Shown here piece after piece: positions 20,848 through 32,270 of a stretch of 44,933 nucleotides of DNA. The notes beneath the pieces are model-generated. The model was not told the DNA's origin and made no database searches. It saw only the letters and a list, made by a program, of their open reading frames with translations. The DNA comes from Macrostomum lignano (Eukaryota). Position 1 is the first letter of the stretch. Every line of letters starts with the position of its first letter. The translations under genes and the position numbers were made by a program. The stretch covers positions 1 through 44,933 of the forward strand of contig NIVC01003804.1 in assembly GCA_002269645.1 (NCBI GenBank), given 5' to 3'.

Positions 20848-22410
20848 TCAAGGAGACTTGGACAACAGATCGTCCTCGTCCCAGGCCGCTGGGGCTTGAC
20901 TGGGAGATGGGAGTTGGTCGACGTCCATGGCCTCCTCACCCTCACCGGCCCCCCCAGCAGACTCCTCAGGCTCCGATGACAGGATGGAGGAAGCTTCCTC
21001 ACCTGCATCTTTACCTTCAGACCCCACCAAGGTGGCCGAGGAGAGCTCGGATTCCGAAGACCCGGCCTCGTCCTCAACTCCTTCTCCGACTGGCAGGTTT
21101 GGTTCCCGGGGCTCGGCCGGAGCCGTTACCGCGGTCGCCGAACTGCTGCTAGCAGAGGGGCGAGATGCAGCTTTGGCTTTGGGATCGGCTTGCGCCTTTC
21201 CTTGGGCCTTAGACTGCGCCCCGCTCTTGCCGGAGATGCCGGGGTTGGCAGTAGCCTTCCCTTTGGCAGACTTTCCTCGGCGCAACTTGAGCTTGAGGGC
21301 ACCCAGCTGGAAAGAGGATCCATTAGGGTACCGACTCGCCCAAGTGCTGGAAAGGCCGAGGACAATTGAGTTGCCCGTCTCCCCCCTGCGGACTTTACGG
21401 TGATACACCAGTCCACTAGCAGGGAGGTCGGGGTTCAGACGCAGTAGGACCCGGCGAATAACGTCTGGTCCAGCTGCGGTGCTCTTAGCAGGGACGAAAA
21501 CCACATAGGGTATCGTCTTTGGACGCTGGCCCTCGCGAAGAAAAAGAGCTCCGCCAAGGTCAGCATCCAAGGAGACCGTCGGTAGCCGCTGGAGCAGCCG
21601 CCGAGCGTCCTCCTCGCTGCTAGGAGCAATAAGAACGAATGTGCTTCGCAGCACCATCCGCTCAACGCCGATGGAGATTCCCTCCTCGACAGTCAGCTCA
21701 ATCAGATTGGAGTCAACAGCACTCCACACTTTTTGAAGCTGATCAGTGGTCCAGTCCTGGTCGCGACCTTGGATGATCACTCCCGGGATTTTGGCCTTGG
21801 CCTTCGCCGCAAAGGTAGCTCCCGAAGGAACCTCCTTGTTGGCAGTGGTCATTTGTTGCGCCGTGGTTTCGGCCTCAGCAGCCGCGGCAGCAGCTCCAGG
21901 GAGCGCCGCCGCTGAACTACTGGAGCTTCCACCGGCCGGCCCGCCTGGTTGCCTTGGGACTCCAGTCGCTTCAGCATCCATGGTGGACGCCGCCGCTTTG
22001 GCCCCCGCAGCTCCCTTCTTGGCCTGCCTTTTGGCGCGTTGTTTAGCGCGTTTGCGCTCAAGCCGAGCCCGCTGAGCTTCATCGGATCTGCCAGATTTGG
22101 CCGGTCCTTTAGGCTCAGAGCTCGCGGTTCCCTTAGATCCACCAGCGGAGCTGGCAGGTCTTAGGGTATTTTGAGTTTGGTAGCTCTGGTCGGATCTGCC
22201 AGCAGAGCCAGCCGGTCCTTCCTTTGCCACAGTTGAATCAGTCGGTTGGGATCTGCCAGCAGGGCCGGCCGGTCCTTCGGACTGAGGTTGGGGTTTAGAA
22301 GGGTCCCCATCCCTAGAAATAGCTTGTTTATCCATAGTCGGCTCGAAGGCCATGATAAAAGGTTGGTGGGCTACCCTCAAAGGGGCGCGGTACCCACCCG
22401 GCCGCTCCAC
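20848..22410 (-). CDS. LINE ORF1 (low-complexity termini; central globular region resembling DUF4780 of Loa-clade ORF1)
   Basis: 520-aa ORF ending 39 nt before the ORF2 start. No CCHC knuckles. The DUF4780 resemblance is by eye only. Confidence 0.75.
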   Translation of the reverse strand: MERPGGYRAPLRVAHQPFIMAFEPTMDKQAISRDGDPSKPQPQSEGPAGPAGRSQPTDSTVAKEGPAGSAGRSDQSYQTQNTLRPASSAGGSKGTASSEPKGPAKSGRSDEAQRARLERKRAKQRAKRQAKKGAAGAKAAASTMDAEATGVPRQPGGPAGGSSSSSAAALPGAAAAAAEAETTAQQMTTANKEVPSGATFAAKAKAKIPGVIIQGRDQDWTTDQLQKVWSAVDSNLIELTVEEGISIGVERMVLRSTFVLIAPSSEEDARRLLQRLPTVSLDADLGGALFLREGQRPKTIPYVVFVPAKSTAAGPDVIRRVLLRLNPDLPASGLVYHRKVRRGETGNSIVLGLSSTWASRYPNGSSFQLGALKLKLRRGKSAKGKATANPGISGKSGAQSKAQGKAQADPKAKAASRPSASSSSATAVTAPAEPREPNLPVGEGVEDEAGSSESELSSATLVGSEGKDAGEEASSILSSEPEESAGGAGEGEEAMDVDQLPSPSQAPAAWDEDDLLSKSP

Positions 22411-24016
22411 CTGACCGGGCAGTAGGCCAATAGCACCCTCAAGGCTGGCCCGACACCAGGAGGGGGACCGCTTGCGACCGGACTACTCCCCGGCCTTCCA
22501 GCCCATCGGCACGGTCAACACCTTAGGCATTAGAGAGTACGTTGAGCAGTACCACGGCCTGCAGGTTGGCGAGCCAGACCCGCATACCCAAATTCGGCCG
22601 AAGCCACTGGATAGGGTCGCCAGCGCCGGAGCCCAGTCTGTCCAGCAGCCCTAGGGACTGCCTTGAACACACGCGGGGACGAGTACCCTGGGTCGACTTG
22701 CGAGACAGCGTGGGGGGGGGTCTGCGGCTGCCAGAGGCAAATAGAGGGTGCAGACCTCCCACCAGCCTTGACCTGCTGAAGATAGGGGCAGGCGTGAAGC
22801 ATCGCAGACCTTAGCCCATGGGCCTAGTCTGTCTCATACTTCACTGGCATGCTGAATACGCCTTCGCGTGCCAGCCCTAGCTCAGATGAGCACTCATATT
22901 TGGCTGCCCAACAACAATATTTTTGCAGAAATTTGTGTTGGAGCGAGAGATTCCGTAAATAAAGGGGAGGGGATGGGGAGGAACCCATTCCGCCGACTCC
23001 TCTGAGCAGGCACACAAGCGTGCGGATACGTACGCAGTCATACGCACAGGCACACACTCACACAGGAGTGTACAGCGGCCCTGACTTTATCTATCTTTAG
23101 GCATTTAAACTTCACTGTGCCTTTGGGGTTGGCCCTCAAGGGCGTTGATTGCACGAGCAGAGCCAAGCCGAGATTCCGATTTAGCCCCGAATTAATACGT
23201 AAGAGCGCCGCGCTGGACCACTGGGCTACGGCCCCTAGGTTCGCTACTTGTATCAGCAATGAACATACTTTTAATAAGTGCTGAAACTTGCCCTCATTAT
23301 AAATAAATAAATAAAAATACATAAATGAATAAAAAATAAAGGAATATCGTCAAGATCAAGCTTGATTCTATCGTTTGTCTCGAGCTCTTCCGATCATGCA
23401 TAGGGTGACACAGTTGTCATCTAATCGACTGACACGAAGCAGCTCCTCTAAAAAAAGTGCATAATTTCCTATCGCAGAGTCGGCAAAGATGCAATGGGTT
23501 TCCTGAATTTAGGTAGTTAGTTAGGCCAAATCTATTTTTGTCATAGCAACAAACTGCCTTTCATCGTCTCAGCCTCAATCGATCGAGAGCTTCTTCCGTG
23601 ACAGGCAGGCCGTCAGGTAATCAGGCAGGAAAAGAAAAGAATAATTAGGAGAGAGGGCGGCTGAGTGCTGCTAAGAAGTTGAGAATCAGCAGGAGATCTC
23701 AGTCTGGTACACAGAAGACAAAATACGTTGCCTTTTGTTCATTTTTTCTATTACCTCTCACGGCTCTCACCGTCCCTGACTTTTTTCTCTCGCTCGCCAT
23801 TTTCGCATCCCAGACATTCATTCCAAGATGATTTCCAAAAACCTTGCCAGACTTCAGGGCTTCTTCTACACTCGCGATAAGTATTTTTGTCCTCATAATT
23901 TATTCAACACTGAGCAGATGAGCAGTGAGCAGATTCAACACTGAGACGTCCCTGGTTTCTGCTGCCACTCGCTCAACCGCAAGTTTCGCTCGCACTTCAG
24001 TGTAATCTCTTTAGCC

Positions 24017-24064
<48 letters not shown>

Positions 24065-24071
24065 TAGATAG
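24017..24071. repeat. (ATAG)n microsatellite
   Basis: About 13 units, read directly. Confidence 0.98.
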
Positions 24072-24327
24072 CGAGAAAGAGCGAGCGAAGCGATGCCGCA
24101 GCCAATCAAGCTGAATGCACGCACACAAGATCACCGGAAACGATTAAGGCAGCTGGAAAGCCAATGGGCGCGGTAAGCGCTTTTATCCAGAGGAACTACC
24201 TGCTGGAACCAGCCATGCCGAACGAAAATCAGACTACTCAAGTAGTGCAAAAGAGTGCGAGAAACTACCGAGAAATCTAATTTTCGTAACCGCTCCGGTG
24301 CAGGTCCTGGCAATATATATCTATCTC

Positions 24328-24414
<87 letters not shown>

Positions 24415-24415
24415 G

Positions 24416-24467
<52 letters not shown>
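24328..24467. repeat. (GATA)n microsatellite
   Basis: About 35 units with one GATG variant. Confidence 0.98.
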
Positions 24468-24614
24468 CGCAAATAAAGCACGCAATTCAACGCTGTTCAC
24501 TGAATTGAAACAATCGAGACTTCAAACTGCATAGCAGAGCATTAAAGGCAGAATTTATAGTGAGGAATTACAATGGGACAATGTGGCCAGAGGCTTCCGG
24601 CGCAGTCACGCCCG

Positions 24615-25115
24615 TCACATCGCGCTCGGGCCGCCCCTGCCCGACTGCCGGCGGAAGTCGAACATCAGCATGCCGCCACCCTTGCGCTTGCCGGAGTCCG
24701 CCGCGAAGCCGGCGCCACCGAGCGAGCCGCCAAACGGGACGCCCATGTCGGCGCTGAGCCGCAGCGGACAGCCGCAGGCGTTCGGGTGGCCTCCGTTGCC
24801 GTCGGAGCCGAAGGTCGCGCAGCCGGACACGCTGGACATCATGCGCAGTTTCGGCCGGCCGCGCATCGCTAGCCGGTGCCGCTTGGCCGCAGCCACCCGC
24901 AGCTGCTTTCGATGGTAGGCTGCGAAGCTGACGCACAGCAGGGCGAAGCAGGCGACCACAACCAGCAGGTGCGCCGCCCAAACTGGCCACCCGGCCCCGA
25001 CAGCCAGCGCGCTGGAAGTCTTCGGCATCTGGTGCAGCTGAAGCTGCAGAGGCTGCGGCTGCGGCGTGGTCGACTGCGGCTGCGGCGAGCCGGCAGAAGT
25101 TTCGATCGCGGGCAT
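24615..25115 (-). CDS. Putative exon or small gene for a single-pass membrane protein
   Basis: GC-rich ORF with a hydrophobic stretch (WPVWAAHLLVVVACFALLCVSFAAY) followed by a basic stop-transfer segment (HRKQLRVAAAKRHR). The true 5' boundary is unknown. Confidence 0.4.
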   Translation of the reverse strand: MPAIETSAGSPQPQSTTPQPQPLQLQLHQMPKTSSALAVGAGWPVWAAHLLVVVACFALLCVSFAAYHRKQLRVAAAKRHRLAMRGRPKLRMMSSVSGCATFGSDGNGGHPNACGCPLRLSADMGVPFGGSLGGAGFAADSGKRKGGGMLMFDFRRQSGRGGPSAM

Positions 25116-25923
25116 CCAGGGTTCGTCGAGTCAAAGTGCACTCGCATAGTAGCTCTGAATGCCTCTGGTCTGTGTCCGGCTCTGCTGATCTTTGGCCGTC
25201 TTTTATGGGTTCTGGCCGAGTGGCCCTCGCTGACCGGCTGTCTGAAGGCCTAACTGGGGGCGTCCGGCCGGGCGCAGAATTCGGAATTCGGGAAAGCACT
25301 TGCCGCCTCGGCAGAGGCTTCGGCAACCTCCCTGCCTCTCCAGTGCCCCCAGCCCCGCTGTCCGAATTCCTAACTGCCCCATCGAGTCTCGGAAACACTG
25401 GAAACTGGAAACTGCCCTCCCCTTCGGCGCGACGGCTGCAGTACTTTCACTCGTCCAAATTTAGCTCCCTGAAAGTTATCTTTGCATCTCCTCCGTGCGC
25501 CCCCCCTCTCTCTCTCTCCCTAAATCTTTCTTTTGCGATTGAATAGCCGCGCGGACTCCGCTAGTCAATCCACTGCCGCCCATCTCTCGCCTGTCCCGCT
25601 GCCGGATGAGGCTTCCGTGTCTTGGCGAAAATGAAATGGCCGAACTTCCGTATGGTTAGTGCGAGCCCCTGTTCGGCCTACTTGATTTCCAATCTCTGGT
25701 TGGCAAGGGAGGCAGCGGCTGCTGGTTAGTCTGTCAGTAAACGAATGGAAAAAAGTAAACGCAGAGGGTAAAATTGAACCTAGACCGATGCCTTCTACCT
25801 CTGACTCCGTGTGCTTGAGAAACAGGCCTGCATCTGCATGCCAGGCTTGAAGGCTGATTTCAATCGATCGAGGTGTTGTCGCTTGTTCCGAGGCCTTTTG
25901 AAAAATTCCTAAGCAAAAGTATT

Positions 25924-28900
25924 CACAGAGCACAGTTCCAGAACAGAGCACACAGTTCCAGAACAGAGCACACAGTTCCAGAACAGAGCACACAGTTCCA
26001 GAACAGAACACACAGTTCCAGAACAGAACACACAGTTCCAGAACAGAACACACAGTTCCAGAGCAGAGCACACAGTTCCAGAACAGAGCACACAGTTCCA
26101 GAATAGAGCACACAGTTCCAGAACAGAACACACAGTTCCAGAGCAGAGCACACAGTTCCAGAACAGAACACACAGTTCCAGACCAAAGAACACAGTTCCA
26201 GAACAGAGCACACAGTTCCAGAACAGAGCACACAGTTCCAAAACAGAGCACACAGTTCCAGACCAAAGAACACAGTTCCAGAACAGAGCACACAGTTCCA
26301 GAACAGAACACACAGTTCCAGACCAAAGAACACAGTTCCAGAACAGAGCACACAGTTCCAGAACAGAGCACACAGTTCCAGAACAGAGCACACAGTTCCA
26401 GAACAGAGCACACAGTTCCAGAACAGAGCACACAGTTCCAGAACAGAGCACACAGTTCCAGAACAGAGTACACAGTTCCAGAACAGAACACACAGTTCCA
26501 GAACAGAGTACACAGTTCCAGAACAGAGTACACAGTTCCAGAACAGAGTACACAGTTCCAGAACAGAGTACACAGTTCCAGAACAGAACACACAGTTCCA
26601 GAACAGAGTACACAGTTCCAGAACAGAGCACACAGTTCCAGAACAGAGCACACAGTTCCAGAACAGAGCACACAGTTCCAGAACAGAGCACACAGTTCCA
26701 GAACAGAACACACAGTTCCAGAACAGAACACACAGTTCCAGAACAGAACACACAGTTCCAGAGCAGAGCACACAGTTCCAGAACAGAGCACACAGTTCCA
26801 GAATAGAGCACACAGTTCCAGAACAGAACACACAGTTCCAGAGCAGAGCACACAGTTCCAGAACAGAACACACAGTTCCAGACCAAAGAACACAGTTCCA
26901 GAACAGAGCACACAGTTCCAGAACAGAGCACACAGTTCCAAAACAGAGCACACAGTTCCAGACCAAAGAACACAGTTCCAGAACAGAGCACACAGTTCCA
27001 GAACAGAACACACAGTTCCAGACCAAAGAACACAGTTCCAGAACAGAGCACACAGTTCCAGAACAGAGCACACAGTTCCAGAACAGAGCACACAGTTCCA
27101 GAACAGAGCACACAGTTCCAGAACAGAGCACACAGTTCCAGAACAGAGCACACAGTTCCAGAACAGAGTACACAGTTCCAGAACAGAACACACAGTTCCA
27201 GAACAGAGTACACAGTTCCAGAACAGAGTACACAGTTCCAGAACAGAGTACACAGTTCCAGAACAGAGTACACAGTTCCAGAACAGAACACACAGTTCCA
27301 GAACAGAGTACACAGTTCCAGAACAGAGCACACAGTTCCAGAACAGAGCACACAGTTCCAGAACAGAGCACACAGTTCCAGAACAGAGCACACAGTTCCA
27401 GAACAGAACACACAGTTCCAGAACAGAACACACAGTTCCAGAACAGAACACACAGTTCCAGAGCAGAGCACACAGTTCCAGAACAGAGCACACAGTTCCA
27501 GAATAGAGCACACAGTTCCAGAACAGAACACACAGTTCCAGAGCAGAGCACACAGTTCCAGAACAGAACACACAGTTCCAGACCAAAGAACACAGTTCCA
27601 GAACAGAGCACACAGTTCCAGAACAGAGCACACAGTTCCAAAACAGAGCACACAGTTCCAGACCAAAGAACACAGTTCCAGAACAGAGCACACAGTTCCA
27701 GAACAGAACACACAGTTCCAGACCAAAGAACACAGTTCCAGAACAGAGCACACAGTTCCAGAACAGAGCACACAGTTCCAGAACAGAGCACACAGTTCCA
27801 GAACAGAGCACACAGTTCCAGAACAGAGCACACAGTTCCAGAACAGAGCACACAGTTCCAGAACAGAGTACACAGTTCCAGAACAGAACACACAGTTCCA
27901 GAACAGAGTACACAGTTCCAGAACAGAGTACACAGTTCCAGAACAGAGTACACAGTTCCAGAACAGAGTACACAGTTCCAGAACAGAACACACAGTTCCA
28001 GAACAGAGTACACAGTTCCAGAACAGAGCACACAGTTCCAGAACAGAGCACACAGTTCCAGAACAGAGCACACAGTTCCAGAACAGAGTACACAGTTCCA
28101 GAACAGAACACACAGTTCCAGAACAGAGTACACAGTTCCAGAACAGAACACACAGTTCCAGAACAGAGTACACAGTTCCAGAACAGAGTACACAGTTCCA
28201 GAACAGAGCACACAGTTCCAGAACAGAGCACACAGTTCCAGAACAGAACACACAGTTCCAGAACAGAGTAAACAGTTCCAGAACAAAGTACACAGTTTCA
28301 GAACAGAACACACAGTTTCAGAACAGAGCACACAGTTCCAGAACAGAACACACAGTTCCAGAACAGAGTACACAGTTCCAGAACAGAGTACACAGTTCCA
28401 GAACAGAACACACAGTTCCAGAACAGAGTACACAGTTCCAGAACAGAACACACAGTTCCAGAACAGAGTACACAGTTCCAGAACAGAGTACACAGTTCCA
28501 GAACAGAGTACACAGTTCCAGAACAGAGCACACAGTTCCAGAACAGAGCACACGGTTCCAGAACAGAACACACAGTTCCAGAACAGAGTAAACAGTTCCA
28601 GAACAAAGTACACAGTTTCAGAACAGAACACACAGTTTCAGAACAGAGCACACAGTTCCAGAACAGAACACACAGTTCCAGAACAGAGTACACAGTTCCA
28701 GAACAGAGCACACAGTTCCAGAACAGAGCACACAGTTCCAGACCAAAGAACACAGTTCCAGAACAGAGCACACAGTTCCAGAACAGAACACACAGTTCCA
28801 GAACAGAACACACAGTTCCAGAACAGAGTAAACAGTTCCAGAACAAAGTACACAGTTTCAGAACAGAACACACAGTTTCAGAACAGAGCACACAGTTCCA

Positions 28901-30894
28901 GAACAGAACACACAGTTCCAGAACAGAGTACACAGTTCCAGAACAGAGTACACAGTTCCAGAACAGAGCACACAGTTCCAGAACAGAGTACACAGTTCCC
29001 GAACAGAACACACAGTTCCAGAACAGAGTACACAGTTCCAGAACAGAGTACACAGTTCCAGAACAGAACACACAGTTCCAGAACAGAACACACAGTTCCA
29101 GAACAGAGCACACAGTTCCAGAACAGAGTACACAGTTCCAGAACAGAACACACAGTTCCAGAACAGAGTACACAGTTCCAGAACAGAACACACAGTTCCA
29201 GAACAGAGTACACAGTTCCAGAACAGAGTACACAGTTCCAGAACAGAGTACACAGTTCCAGAACAGAGCACACAGTTCCAGAACAGAGCACACGGTTTCA
29301 GAACAGAACACACAGTTCCAGAACAGAGTAAACAGTTCCAGAACAAAGTACACAGTTTCAGAACAGAACACACAGTTTCAGAACAGAGCACACAGTTCCA
29401 GAACAGAACACACAGTTCCAGAACAGAGTACACAGTTCCAGAACAGAGCACACAGTTCCAGAACAGAGCACACAGTTCCAGAACAGAGCACACAGTTCCA
29501 GAACAGAGCACACAGTTCTAAAACAGAGCACACAGTTCCAGAACAGAGTACACAGTTCCAGAACAGAGCACACAGTTCCAGAACAGAGTACACAGTTCCA
29601 GAACAGAGCACACAGTTCCAGAACAGAGCACACAGTTCCAGAACAGAGCACACAGTTCCAGAACAGAGTAAACAGTTCCAGAACAAAGTACACAGTTTCA
29701 GAACAGAACACACAGTTTCAGAACAGAGCACACAGTTCCAGAACAGAACACACAGTTCCAGAACAGAGTACACAGTTCCAGAACAAAGTACACAGTTCCA
29801 GAACAGAGCACACAGTTCCAGAACAGAGTACACAGTTCCAGAACAGAACACACAGTTCCAGAACAGAGTACACAGTTCCAGAACAGAGTACACAGTTCCA
29901 GAACAGAACACACAGTTCCAGAACAGAACACACAGTTCCAGAACAGAGCACACAGTTCCAGAACAGAGTACACAGTTCCAGAACAGAACACACAGTTCCA
30001 GAACAGAGTACACAGTTCCAGAACAGAACACACAGTTCCAGAACAGAGTACACAGTTCCAGAACAGAGTACACAGTTCCAGAACAGAGTACACAGTTCCA
30101 GAACAGAGCACACAGTTCCAGAACAGAACACACAGTTCCAGAACAGAGCACACAGTTCCAGAACAGAGCAGCAGTTCCAGAACAGAGCAGCAGTTCCAGA
30201 ACAGAGCACACAGTTCCAAAACAGAGCACACAGTTCCAGACCAAAGAACACAGTTCCAGAACAGAGCACACAGTTCCAGAACAGAACACACAGTTCCAGA
30301 CCAAAGAACACAGTTCCAGAACAGAGCACACAGTTCCAGAACAGAGCACACAGTTCCAGAACAGAGCACACAGTTCCAGAACAGAGTACACAGTTTCAGA
30401 ACAGAGCACACAGTTCCAGAACAGAGCACACAGTTCCAGAACAGAGTACACAGTTCCAGAACAGAGTAAACAGTTCCAGAACAAAGTACACAGTTTCAGA
30501 ACAGAGCACACAGTTCCAGAACAGAGCACACAGTTCCAGAACAGAGCACACAGTTCCAGAACAGAGCACACAGTTCCAGAACAGAGCACACAGTTCCAGA
30601 ACAGAGCACACAGTTCTAAAACAGAGCACACAGTTCCAGAACAGAGCACACAGTTCCAGAACAGAGCACACAGTTCCAGAACAGAGCACACAGTTCCAGA
30701 ACAGAGCACACAGTTCCAGAACAGAGCACACAGTTCCAGAACAGAGCACACAGTTCCAGAACAGAGCAGCAGTTCCAAAACAGAGCACACAGTTCCAGAA
30801 CAGAGCACACAGTTCCAGAACAGAGCACACAGTTCCAGAACAGAGCGTTCCAGAACAGAGCACACAGTTTCAGAACAGAGCACACAGTTTCAGA
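25924..30894. repeat. 20-bp satellite array (about 248 units) with higher-order structure
   Basis: Unit CACAGTTCCAGAACAGAG(C/T)A with variants. A 700-bp (35-unit) higher-order repeat is present in 3 copies at about 25940-28080. Confidence 0.98.
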
Positions 30895-31944
30895 TCTGGA
30901 CCAAGCCAAATGCAAGGCTTCGATCCATTCCTAGTTCTGGAATCGGAACTTTGAAAAGCCTAATAGAGATTCGATTACTGACAGACCCACTTACAACTTG
31001 CCTGAAGTCTAGTCTAGGCTTTTTGGATTCCAGATTATTTGGAACCTAAACGCTTTTTGCACAGATCTGGGCCAGAACTGTGTCAGGGCCTTGAGCCAGA
31101 CAGACCATCCCAGACAGTGGCGGCCTTGGCCCCAGAGGGTGAAGCTGGAACAGTTCTGTGACTCACCAGCAGGCATGCTTGACGCATTAGTCATCAGTCT
31201 GCGCGGCAATCTCTGTATTCAGTGGCTGCAGCGAATGGAATGGGAGCCTGGGGAGGTGGGTGGGGGGAGGCTGCATCTGTAGAGGCGCAGGACACTCCTC
31301 TCTGCCTCTTTCTTAACCTTTTATGCTTCGGCTTGGGGTTCGGCTGCCTGATTCACAGCCACAGCAGAGGCCACAGTTCGCTTGCGTGCGTCCGCGAATT
31401 CGTTCGTTCAGATACTGCAAGCTTTATATTGCATATTAGTGAGATTCAGGTTCGAGTTGGTAAGTTTTTCGAGAGCTTTTGTGCTTCATTTGGTATCGAA
31501 TTGAATAACTACTAGTATTGATAGTGCTTTGTGATAGCTTTTGTGCGTGCTAATCGTTGCAGTTATTGTTCTTCTGCTCTGATCTGCTCTTCGAGAGCAG
31601 CTTGTCAAAGCAGTTGGGTCAATATATTGATGTTCAAGTGCACTATTTTGCTGTGTTCTAGTTTTGCAGTTTAAGAGTAGCCATGAGCCATCTGAATAGA
31701 AGATTGTATTCTATATTTAAATCCATATTAACATTTTTATTTTTAATTTCATGATCTTTCGTAAAACATAGCCGAAAACAAATTGTGCACAATAATGTCC
31801 AAGTTATTCTACTTACGAATTTCTTTATCAAGTAGTTTAGGTTAGTGGCGAAAAATAATTTAAGTGTATTGCATTCGAGCGTTTGCTCTGCTGTTTACTG
31901 TCACTGATTCAGTTAGGAGCTGCGCAATTTCGATGCGCAGAAGC

Positions 31945-32270
31945 AGGGACTCCTAGATCTCAGCGAGACTTGGACTGGAAACTAGGGCGAAAAAGCCAGG
32001 GACTCCTAGATCTCCGCTGGACTGGGACTGGAAACTAGGCGGGAAAGCCAGGGACTCCTAGATCTCCGCTGGACTGGGACTGGAAACTAGGCGGGAAAGC
32101 CAGGGACTCCTAGATCTCCGCTGGACTGGGACTGGAAACTAGGCGGGAAAGCCAGGGACTCCTAGATCTCCGCTGGACTGAGACTGGAAACTAGGCGGGA
32201 AAGCCAGGGACTCCTAGATCTCCGCTGGACTGGGACTGGAAACTAGGCGGGAAAGCCAGGGACTCCTAGG
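31945..32270. repeat. 52-bp minisatellite, 6 units plus a partial unit
   Basis: AGGGACTCCTAGATCTCCGCTGGACTGGGACTGGAAACTAGGCGGGAAAGCC starts at 31945, 31998, 32050, 32102, 32154, 32206 and 32258. Confidence 0.97.

Larger units (their letters stand above)
19029..23290 (-). mobile_element. 5' half of the Loa/I-group-like LINE (5' UTR, ORF1, APE, RT N-terminus); 5' boundary uncertain
   Basis: ORF1 at 20848-22410 and ORF2 starting at 20808. The RT motif ALFLDIVGAFDN stops exactly at the Gypsy LTR. Extending the UTR to about 23290 is inferred only from the change to AT-rich sequence. Confidence 0.8.

Noticed and set aside
22411-23290. HDV-like ribozyme in the LINE 5' UTR (reported for some non-LTR elements)
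   Set aside because: Partial motifs (UCCCCGC, GCUAA) exist, but I could not assemble P1, P1.1, P2, P3 and the catalytic C in the right order. An Infernal or RNArobo search is needed.
6386-23325. LINE target-site duplication (CATTAAAAATTAATAA near 6387 versus CATTATAAATAAATAA near 23296)
   Set aside because: Imperfect and low-complexity, so it cannot be told apart from chance.
24131-24490. 119-aa LSIY-repeat ORF
   Set aside because: Translation of the GATA microsatellite.
25565-30915. Long Cys-rich ORFs (up to 902 aa) on the minus strand
   Set aside because: They are translations of a stop-free 20-bp satellite. All three frames give the same 20-aa cycle, so there is no coding signal.
30900-31900. 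Short ORFs right of the satellite
   Set aside because: No homology cues or clear exon structure.
25924-32270. CRISPR-like appearance of the 20-bp and 52-bp arrays
   Set aside because: Units are contiguous with no unique spacers, there are no cas genes, and the context is eukaryotic.
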